Positions 1 to 7,748 of a DNA stretch of 64,000 nucleotides are shown in pieces; within the stretch, counting starts at the first letter, position 1; every line of letters starts with the position of its first letter. The position numbers and the translations under genes are program-made. Origin of the DNA: an uncultured Bdellovibrionales bacterium (lineage in GTDB: Bacteria; Bdellovibrionota_C; UBA2361; SZUA-149; CAZDWZ01); the NCBI GenBank assembly GCA_964405665.1, contig CAYOOT010000002.1:24751-88750 (forward strand), given 5' to 3'. The notes under the pieces were generated by a model, which was not told the origin of the DNA, ran no database searches, and worked only from the letters and a program-made list of their open reading frames with translations.

Positions 1-82
1 TTTCTTTAGTGGTTACCTTTGAGGAATCTATCTGAAATACTTTCCAGGTTGCGGACGAGGACGTCCGCGGTCCAGAATAATC

Positions 83-772
83 TTATTTTCTACTTTTAGT
101 CTTCGTAGATACTATAATTTTTTTCTTTGTAGTTTTACTAACTACTTTGGCTACAGGAGTTGGTAAAGCTTTTTTAAAAACTGTCTTATTTTTAAGAGGA
201 TTCGAATCTAAATAAGCAATGGCATCTACCACTTCCGGCGGAAGATCGGGACTATAAACAAAAGCTAAAAAATCAGTGCTTTTTTTGACTTTCGCTAAAT
301 TTTCTCTTGTCGGTTCAATTGAAAGATAAAAACGCATTGCAGAAAAATTGCAATTAACTGATTCCGTATATTCATTTAAACATAAATTAATGGTCTCTTT
401 TGCCAGATACCCTGTCCCTTGCACATCCAGATTATGACCCTCTCGGAGAAGTTCGCTTAGAATACTCAGAATCTCTTCTGATTTGCCGTCGTTTTTTAAA
501 TGAGCATTGATATCGATAAAAGCTTCACTCCAACGATTATAAATTTTTTGCTTATTTTCTTGGGAAGAAACCCCGGGAGGATAACTTCCAATATATTTAC
601 TTAAATACGCAACTTCTTTTTGTAATTTTTCTAAGGAATTTTTTGGTTCTTCTCTGGTCGTCTCTGGAAGAATAAAATTGCTTTTACTTTCTTCCGCCAA
701 TACTGATTGACATAGAAACAAAGAATTAAAGGATAAGAGAAACAAAATTATTAAAATTATTTTTTTATACAT
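83..772 (-). CDS. Hypothetical exported protein, helical core with Lys-rich C-terminal tail
   Basis: 229-aa ORF with signal-peptide-like N-terminus (MYKKIILIILFLLSFNSLFLCQSVLA-E); no family motif recognised. Confidence 0.7.
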   Translation of the reverse strand: MYKKIILIILFLLSFNSLFLCQSVLAEESKSNFILPETTREEPKNSLEKLQKEVAYLSKYIGSYPPGVSSQENKQKIYNRWSEAFIDINAHLKNDGKSEEILSILSELLREGHNLDVQGTGYLAKETINLCLNEYTESVNCNFSAMRFYLSIEPTRENLAKVKKSTDFLAFVYSPDLPPEVVDAIAYLDSNPLKNKTVFKKALPTPVAKVVSKTTKKKIIVSTKTKSRK

Positions 773-862
773 ATCAATTCTAAATTTTTTATAAGTTTAG
801 TTAAAGTAAGATCCTAACCTCTCCTTGCAATGTCTCCTAAAAAACCCAAGACTGAACCACTT

Positions 863-966
863 GTCGTTGCGAGGGAGCCGAAGGCGATCGAAGCAATCTC
901 CTTGCGTTTACTCAGGGACTAATTTGGGTAAACACTGGGAGATTGCTTCGCTTCGCTCGCAACGAC
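863..966. repeat. CGTC/GTC-type palindromic intergenic repeat (GTCGTTGCGAG...GAAGCAATCTC / GAGATTGCTTC...CTCGCAACGAC)
   Basis: Terminal inverted repeat gtcgttgcgag (863) / ctcgcaacgac (to 966) plus inner inverted repeat gaagcaatctc / gagattgcttc; decayed half-copies ending in GCA(A)TG(A/T)C nearby (about 810-835, 978-997, 1031-1063). Confidence 0.75.
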
Positions 967-1164
967 AGGTTATTTTGCCTTCGTTTCCTTCGCATGACAA
1001 ATAGTTCTAAGGTTTCTTCTAACTATAACAAGACTCTCGGCCTCGTAGGAGACTTGCAATGACCATACTATACTTTCTTTAATATATCCAAACTCCTCAA
1101 TTCTGAAGCACTTAGCAGTGTTAATTTTTTAGATTTCAATAATCAACGAAAAACGTTCTGTAAT

Positions 1165-2652
1165 TTAGGAAGTTTCCATTTCGGGAATTCTTTGATTAAG
1201 CAGACTAAGAACGGCTCTAAAGACTTTTCTCGCTTCCATCGATAAAGACTTTTTACCGCCATTATCAACATACAGCACCAAAGGTTTTTTATGTTTCGCC
1301 CTTAAAGGTGAAACAAAATAAGAAGAACTACCCAGAGGAGCTACCACTTCTCCAGCAAAAGTAGAATTGAAGGAATTCATTTTTGTAAAGCAAAGTGCCA
1401 AGGGAGAGAGCGGATCCTCTAAGAAAATTTCAATGCCTGCATAAATTCTCTTTCCAAAAGCCATTTTTACTTGAGCGGATTTACGATCTTCCCCGACAAC
1501 CAATAAAGCCGCTCTGGCATAAGGCCCTCGATGAATTAAAACTTCTATGACATCTTCCAACAGTTCAAAGACATCGGTACTAAGAAAACAAATTTCCTCA
1601 ACTTTCCCAATTAGATCTTTTGACTTTTTGCTAAACTCCTTAAGATTTTTTTCGATATCGGAATTAGTTTGGACAATATAATTTACTTCTTCTTCCAGTA
1701 CCTTGAGCATACTGCTGGAACTTCCTCGCAGCTCCTCTTCATCCAGATAAGATAGATCCTCATCTTTTTCTTTGTATCCATCAAAAGTAATTTCTGCTGA
1801 AGGTTCTATGTTTTTGTGTTCGATCTTATTTTCCAGAAGATCATTATAATAAGCTGAAATCAATTCATATATTGTGGAATATTGCTGGCCAGTGATTTTA
1901 AGAAACCGAATGGCACTTTTAGAAGGCAAATTAAGGTTAGGATGATATTTCTTCCATTTGCCATTATGGACCGCATCAACTAATTCAATTGCACTTTGTA
2001 AAATAAAGCGCAAATTGACCTGTGCTGATGTTTTGCACAGCTCATCTTTATTAAAAGCGTGAACAATCTCGGGAGATATCTTATGGTATTCCAGAAATTC
2101 ATTGAAGATTTCATTAAGGTTAAAAGAATAATTATGGCGTAAACGATAGGCCAGAGAAGATGGGTTCAGACTTTTAGATATTTTAAGAAATTCTTGTTTT
2201 AAAGTCGTGCAGGCAATCATCTGCCCAACATAAGCAAACAATCCTGCCATTTGCGTAACTTCGGTTAAATCCCGATAAACTATTGAGGAGATTGTACGTG
2301 CAACAAATGAAGTTTCCAAACAAAGTTTTCTAAAATATTCCACCCGTGCTTCAACTTCAGAATCTTCTGATACTGGTCGATTTAACATGTTATTTAAAAT
2401 ATCAATTACCGAGCCTACTCCAAGTCGGACAACCGCAGCACGCACATTAATGATATTTTCTTTTACAGAACTTTGATCTAAGGAATTTGCCTCGCGCAAC
2501 AACTCTAAAGTAATTATCGGATCCTCTCCTAATAAATTTGCCAACTGCGGAATTCGCATATCACCGACAGATGCAAGCTCGATGCCAGACAAAAGAATTT
2601 CTTTTTTTGCCGGGAGTTTGAGTTCTGTTGGTTTTACTTTTTCGATAGCCAT
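1165..2652 (-). CDS. HDOD domain-containing protein with C-terminal GAF-like region
   Basis: EDPIITLELLREANS...NVRAAVVRLG matches the HDOD pattern DPxLxxxLLxxANS...AVxxLG; C-terminus (RAALLVV...FVSPL...LVLYVDNGG) is GAF-like. Confidence 0.8.
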   Translation of the reverse strand: MAIEKVKPTELKLPAKKEILLSGIELASVGDMRIPQLANLLGEDPIITLELLREANSLDQSSVKENIINVRAAVVRLGVGSVIDILNNMLNRPVSEDSEVEARVEYFRKLCLETSFVARTISSIVYRDLTEVTQMAGLFAYVGQMIACTTLKQEFLKISKSLNPSSLAYRLRHNYSFNLNEIFNEFLEYHKISPEIVHAFNKDELCKTSAQVNLRFILQSAIELVDAVHNGKWKKYHPNLNLPSKSAIRFLKITGQQYSTIYELISAYYNDLLENKIEHKNIEPSAEITFDGYKEKDEDLSYLDEEELRGSSSSMLKVLEEEVNYIVQTNSDIEKNLKEFSKKSKDLIGKVEEICFLSTDVFELLEDVIEVLIHRGPYARAALLVVGEDRKSAQVKMAFGKRIYAGIEIFLEDPLSPLALCFTKMNSFNSTFAGEVVAPLGSSSYFVSPLRAKHKKPLVLYVDNGGKKSLSMEARKVFRAVLSLLNQRIPEMETS

Positions 2653-2955
2653 ATCAATTTAAATATCGGCAGAAATAAACATAATGTTTAGGGGATATTA
2701 GAATTTGAAGAGCCCGATTTTGGCTGGTAATTACTTTAATTCAAGATAGAAAGGCCATTCATTCTTTTAAAAAAATAATAGTTATAGCTACTTAACAAAT
2801 AAAGATTTTAATCAATGCCTTTATTTCCCAGATCATGCTTTATTTTAGGTTATATTAATCCAAAAAATTCCGATAAAAAGCATTATTTATGCAACGGAAA
2901 TACTCCAATAATTCATAACAATAATGAAGGGTTATTTAAGTTTAAATCTTGTTTT

Positions 2956-4794
2956 GTGAAAAAGTTTTTTTTAGAAATTATTTTTTTTAGCCTCGCCATT
3001 TTAGTAAAGCCCCCCTTTGTCTTTTCTCAAGACAGCGGTCAAAAAATAAAAGCAGCTGAAGATCTAGTAAAGCCACACATAGAAAGAGTAATCGAACAAG
3101 GGAAAGCGAATCAAGAATACGGAAGACAAGTAGCTGAACAAATTCAAGGAGGAACTCTTCGACATCCCTGGACAGAAAGTGGAAATCCCACATCAGGTAT
3201 GGATTGGCAACTTGATAGTTTTTTTGCAAAAGATTTTAATCCAATAAATGGAGCAAATTGGAACAATATTCATGGATGTTTTCAGTTTGGTCTTTTAGGA
3301 CAATCTAATACCTCTGATTTTGGAGATTTTAAAACAACTTCCTTTGAGCCCGCACTTTGCCAATTAAATTGCATGCTTGCCAGCATGTTTACCGCAGAGG
3401 GTTGGCCACATCGGCCGCATTGGTGGTTCCCCCTACTACCTCCTCCACCACAAAATAATAATGGAATGGAAACTGCTATGTATTGGTTTCCTGAATATGA
3501 AGTGTACACAAATAATTACGGGATCAACAGATTAAGACCAGAAGATCAAGGGCAAACACTTTTTTCCCGCCAAGCTTTAACCAGTCAAAAAGCTTCTTTC
3601 GATCAACAGAAAGCTACTGCTGCAGGTCAGACTTATCCCTATGATGCCAGTGGATTTCAAGTCCCGCCTCACTTAAAAAACCAACCGTATTTTGGTCAAG
3701 GACAATGGGGAGGTTTTGCCTTTCCTGACTTTGAAGATAAATTATACGCACACATTGCAAGAACTCATTTTTCTGTAACTCGCTCGGATTTAAGAAAAAA
3801 TACGATACTCGGTTGGGGGCAACCCAATCCGGGCCAAACATATTCCAGATTTGATTCCTTTCCTCCAAAAAGTTCAGAGCATGCTCCCATTAATATCTGG
3901 ACCGAATATGGGATGTGGGATTTATATACAAGCATTCCTCATTTTTCTACACGACTCTACGGTGGCATTGGTGCTGGTCTAATGAATGCCTTGTTTGGAG
4001 GAAGAACTGCAAATTTAATGCAAGCTGCTAAAGAACAAAATCCGTTTTGGAAAAACTCTGGTGCAATGGCTTACAGAGTTCAGAAATGGCCGGACATGTA
4101 CGGGTCTTTGAGAAATCTTTATAATATTGGAGGCGGGGCAGACCCTAAATTAGCAGAAGTTGTTTATAAAGGCGGACATGAACTATATCCAGTGGTCACA
4201 AACCTCTCCGGATTTGGGAGCCCAACTTTATCCACTGCTGCAATCATTGCCCGACGGGGGTTATATATTGCAGGAGAAAACCAAACGATGCTTCCTTTTT
4301 ATCCCACAAATGTTCCCAATCCTAGAATCATGCAGTACACGATAAACCTTGGAAATAAATCTCAAGAAATAGACAAAATGCAATTGATTTTTCCTCGTCG
4401 CGGATCAGCACTAACCTCTGAATGTTTTCGCTCTCAAAATATTCCGAATCTGACTACAAATGATGCTGGATTGAAAACCTGGGCAGAAACAAATTTTCCT
4501 GCAGATTTAACAAAATTTGCTTTAGATCCAGCACTGGCCAGTATCCAAGGAGGAGATACTTCTTTTATTTACTGGAATAGAAGAATTTCCTGTCATTGTA
4601 AATTTGCAGGAATACCCACCGGCTCTTGGGTCATGGATAAAGGAGATAAGCTTTATGATATTCCAAAATTTCCGCTCTGTTCCTATCTTCCCACCTATGG
4701 CTTTAGCGCTTGGCAAGGGGAAGACACTTATCGATACTGTATTCCCGGTCCGGGAGATTTTCTAAGATATAGAGGGATGAATGATTTACTATAG
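2956..4794 (+). CDS. TraU-like exported Cys-containing protein (F-type T4SS/pilus assembly family, highly diverged)
   Basis: Start moved to in-frame GTG at 2956, giving signal peptide MKKFFLEIIFFSLAILVKPPFVFS-Q. Motifs YWFPEYEV, ELYPVVTNLSG, TAAIIARR, KMQLIFP...C and DTSFIYWNRRISCHC resemble TraU/PFL_4710 (WEP..., LYP.TG, AAxxAxR, WQMLYP..C, D.xYxxW..xxCC); neighbours also look Tra-like. Confidence 0.55.
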   Translation: MKKFFLEIIFFSLAILVKPPFVFSQDSGQKIKAAEDLVKPHIERVIEQGKANQEYGRQVAEQIQGGTLRHPWTESGNPTSGMDWQLDSFFAKDFNPINGANWNNIHGCFQFGLLGQSNTSDFGDFKTTSFEPALCQLNCMLASMFTAEGWPHRPHWWFPLLPPPPQNNNGMETAMYWFPEYEVYTNNYGINRLRPEDQGQTLFSRQALTSQKASFDQQKATAAGQTYPYDASGFQVPPHLKNQPYFGQGQWGGFAFPDFEDKLYAHIARTHFSVTRSDLRKNTILGWGQPNPGQTYSRFDSFPPKSSEHAPINIWTEYGMWDLYTSIPHFSTRLYGGIGAGLMNALFGGRTANLMQAAKEQNPFWKNSGAMAYRVQKWPDMYGSLRNLYNIGGGADPKLAEVVYKGGHELYPVVTNLSGFGSPTLSTAAIIARRGLYIAGENQTMLPFYPTNVPNPRIMQYTINLGNKSQEIDKMQLIFPRRGSALTSECFRSQNIPNLTTNDAGLKTWAETNFPADLTKFALDPALASIQGGDTSFIYWNRRISCHCKFAGIPTGSWVMDKGDKLYDIPKFPLCSYLPTYGFSAWQGEDTYRYCIPGPGDFLRYRGMNDLL

Positions 4795-4813
4795 ATTTTT
4801 TTTGAGGTGTAAC

Positions 4814-6466
4814 ATGAAAAAAATACAAATACCGCAAATTGTCTTTATGACATTGAATGCTTTGATCATCTCATTTGCTTTTTGCTTCACTTATACAGAA
4901 AAAGCTTATTCCATTGATTTCACAGTATCCAATCCTCAATCTCAACAAGATCAATTACAACTATTACAACAACAAGCTTACAATCAAGGACGACTAGATA
5001 ATTCAAATCTAACACCGCAACAACAAAGACAACAACAGCAGCGCCTTCTACAAGAACAAGCAAATATTCAACAACAACTTAATAATTCCAATCTTAGTGC
5101 TCAGCAGCAATTACAACTCTTACAACAACAAGCCTATAATCAAGGACAACTTAATAATTCCACACTCACATCGCAACAACAGCAGCAACAGCAAATACAA
5201 ATCTTACAACAACAAGCATTAATAAATTCTCAATTACAAAATCAGAACTATTCCCAATTTAATCAGCCGTTAAATAATCAATTTATTCAAAATACTTTAA
5301 TTGGAAGTGCAATTGGCGGGCTAGTCGGTGGACAAAGCGGAGCAAATTTAGGCTTAACAATTGGGGCATTGTCCAGTGTCGGTAGCCAAAATACCGGGGG
5401 AACTAATTTTGGTGGACTAGGTATTATTGCTCCATTACTACTTACTCAAAGTCTCACTGGCGGTGGACAAGGACTGGGAGCTGGGGGCTTAGGAGGAATT
5501 GGCTCATCAAGTTTGCTAACCCCTTTGCTACTTGGTTCTCTTTTTAGTTCAGGACTTGGTTCCAATAATTCATATCAGCAAAACCAACAAGCACAACAAC
5601 TATTAATTCAACAACAACAATTTCTGTTACAACAACAAACTGCTCTTCAAACACAACTAAACGATCCTAATCTTACACCTCAACAACGAGAGCAAATATT
5701 GTCTCAGTTAACTCAAATACAACAACAGCTAATTGCCTTGCAACAACAGCAACAACAATTGCAGCAAAATGGTGGCAGTGGACAAGGCCAGGGCGGACAA
5801 ATAGCTCAACAACTACTTACCAGTCTTTTATTAGGTGGATTACTTGGCGGTGGTGGTGGTTTCCCCGGGCTTGGTGGTGGTCTTGGAGGAGGTATCGGCG
5901 GTGGTGGCGGTATCGGTGGATGTAGTGGTGGAAGTTGCATGCCTAATGGATCTGGTGGCATCCCCGGTCAAGAAGGTCTAAATTTCGGGCAAAAACCTCC
6001 CATTACTGATAGTCTTCCCAACGTCGGACCAGATTTAGGAACGTTCGGCGAACACCCTGGACCAAACTTGGATCCTATGGGCCTTGGGCCAGAAGGACAA
6101 TTGCCTGATCAAATTACTAATCCAATGAATATTGCAGAAATGTTGGAAGCAGACAGCCAAGGTAAAACAGATGGAGCGAATTCAACAAAAGAGATAGATG
6201 CTGGAACGCCAACGCCGACACCCTCTCCAAACGAGCAAGCAGTTACTGATCCTATCACTGGTAAACAATTACAACCTGGAGAAGGGAATGTATATTATGC
6301 AGATTGGTGTCCAAATTGTTTACAAACCAAAGTCCCAGGTAGAATTGGTCAAATGAATCAAGCTGGTATATCCAATGTAAATCCAATAAACTTGGGCGGT
6401 AGCACAGCTATTCCTCATTCTCCTTATGGTGTCGGAAACATTGGAGGAAAATTATTCACATTTTAA
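4814..6466 (+). CDS. Exported Gln/Gly-rich protein with glycine-zipper segment and C-terminal thioredoxin-like CxxC (YYADWCPNC)
   Basis: ATG 4814 preceded by GAGGT; signal peptide; poly-Gln repeats; GSAIGGLVGGQSGANLGLTIG; WCPNC at 6305-6319 followed by putative cis-Pro motif AIPH. Confidence 0.75.
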   Translation: MKKIQIPQIVFMTLNALIISFAFCFTYTEKAYSIDFTVSNPQSQQDQLQLLQQQAYNQGRLDNSNLTPQQQRQQQQRLLQEQANIQQQLNNSNLSAQQQLQLLQQQAYNQGQLNNSTLTSQQQQQQQIQILQQQALINSQLQNQNYSQFNQPLNNQFIQNTLIGSAIGGLVGGQSGANLGLTIGALSSVGSQNTGGTNFGGLGIIAPLLLTQSLTGGGQGLGAGGLGGIGSSSLLTPLLLGSLFSSGLGSNNSYQQNQQAQQLLIQQQQFLLQQQTALQTQLNDPNLTPQQREQILSQLTQIQQQLIALQQQQQQLQQNGGSGQGQGGQIAQQLLTSLLLGGLLGGGGGFPGLGGGLGGGIGGGGGIGGCSGGSCMPNGSGGIPGQEGLNFGQKPPITDSLPNVGPDLGTFGEHPGPNLDPMGLGPEGQLPDQITNPMNIAEMLEADSQGKTDGANSTKEIDAGTPTPTPSPNEQAVTDPITGKQLQPGEGNVYYADWCPNCLQTKVPGRIGQMNQAGISNVNPINLGGSTAIPHSPYGVGNIGGKLFTF

Positions 6467-6483
6467 ATGAACTATCCATTACA

Positions 6484-7095
6484 ATGTATTACAAAATAAT
6501 ATTCTTATTCTTGCTATTAGCTTCAACTGTTTCAGCACAAGAATTGACCGATTCCGTTTCAAAGGTAAGAGCAAATAAAGTATATAAATCTACTCTTCCT
6601 TCCGATCCCAACTACTGGAACTATAATAATTGGTACAAAAACAATTCCGTTGTCAGCCTAATAGTTAGTGGAGAGGACAAAGAGCATTTGATTGACGCCT
6701 TAAAACAAGTAAAAATATTAAAAGAAAAAAATGTGCTGATTGGAGAAATTATTGTTGTTGGCGGTTTTCTCTTCGGAGATTTAAGCGGTAATGCTTCAAA
6801 AAATTCGGAATTTAAAAATAAAATTCAGAGTAACATGGGCAGACTTACACCTGATGCCATTAATTTTCTTAACCAAATAGCAGCTCCTTCCGAGTTGCCA
6901 GGTCTTGTTCAAAAGTTAAACTTGGGCCAGTCTTCTTTTGCCGAACTTGCCCCGATTATGGAGCACTTTGAGATCAGTCTTTCCCCAAGTTGGATTATTA
7001 GATATAAAGGAAAAGATCACATCTATGAAGGCAACTTTGATATCACAAGATTCTTTACTGCTGACGGACAATATAGTGCAATAAACTATGAATAA
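6484..7095 (+). CDS. Exported thioredoxin-fold-like protein, TrbC (F-type)-like
   Basis: Signal peptide; VSLIVS...L...K...I.EIIVVGG and HFEISLSPSWII...IYEGNFDI resemble TrbC_Ftype (xFVSxS...; FxIxxVPxxV...GNxsL). Confidence 0.45.
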   Translation: MYYKIIFLFLLLASTVSAQELTDSVSKVRANKVYKSTLPSDPNYWNYNNWYKNNSVVSLIVSGEDKEHLIDALKQVKILKEKNVLIGEIIVVGGFLFGDLSGNASKNSEFKNKIQSNMGRLTPDAINFLNQIAAPSELPGLVQKLNLGQSSFAELAPIMEHFEISLSPSWIIRYKGKDHIYEGNFDITRFFTADGQYSAINYE

Positions 7096-7678
7096 GTTTC
7101 TTATTTTACTTTTCCTCTTAACTTCAGCAACAGTTTCTAAAGCACAAAATTTCAACTTACTAGATCCTAATGTCCCAATCGCTTCTCATCAAAAAAGAGG
7201 AAGCCGTTTTAAAATTGAAAAGTATTTCTATCTTCAAGATTTTTTAAAAAGAATGGGAGCACCGGAAAGTTCTAGCGACAAGGCACCAGAAAAAAGTCCC
7301 AATCTTGCTTTCTCCTATCAAAACTTTATTAACAAATTGCCCAGCGGCGCCGGAACCTATGATGGCAAACCAGATTGCAGCGAATCACAAGTAAGAAGAA
7401 TTCCTGTAGTTTATGATTCTGAGGAATTAAAACTTTTTGATATTTTATATTATAATTATCAAAACAGCTCGCAAACCTCAAAATCAAGAGCTTGGGAATT
7501 ACCTACTGCTCCCTACTTGGAAGGAGATCTATATAATCCTTATCGAACTTATAACCTACAACAAGACTTAGCCCGATTCTTTGATATCCGCTGCCTTCCT
7601 ACTCGTGTACATTTTCCGGTAATTGACGGCCAAAGATATGAAGAATATCGGGAAGGTAGCAACGCCTGGGATAAATAG
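7088..7678 (+). CDS. Exported protein, TraW C-terminal-like
   Basis: Signal peptide; overlaps upstream gene by 8 bp; QQDLARFFDIRCLPTRV...DGQRYEEYREG resembles the TraW C-terminus (QxGxLxxxFxIxxVPAxV...G...iEE). Confidence 0.45.
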   Translation: MNKFLILLFLLTSATVSKAQNFNLLDPNVPIASHQKRGSRFKIEKYFYLQDFLKRMGAPESSSDKAPEKSPNLAFSYQNFINKLPSGAGTYDGKPDCSESQVRRIPVVYDSEELKLFDILYYNYQNSSQTSKSRAWELPTAPYLEGDLYNPYRTYNLQQDLARFFDIRCLPTRVHFPVIDGQRYEEYREGSNAWDK

Positions 7679-7748
7679 TTACTTAGTACTCATTTCGCCC
7701 ATTTTCTTGCATAACATTACAATAAGTTAAATTTTAGTTGGTATTTAC

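Noticed and set aside
2718-2740. Possible sigma54 promoter (TGGCTG...TTAC)
   Set aside because: The -12 element is mis-spaced and does not read TTGC
2815-2955. N-terminal 47 codons of the ORF-track call for the TraU-like gene
   Set aside because: No recognisable content; GTG 2956 places a signal peptide at the N-terminus
4950-5770. CAA/CAG-rich tandem repeats resembling an array
   Set aside because: Poly-Gln coding sequence; no constant repeat with unique spacers, so not CRISPR; no cas genes in the window
6394-6403. ops-like GGCGGTAG (RfaH site), attractive because F tra operons use ops
   Set aside because: Inside coding sequence for Gly-Gly-Ser in a Gly-rich protein, lacks the downstream TG, and is not in a leader; likely chance
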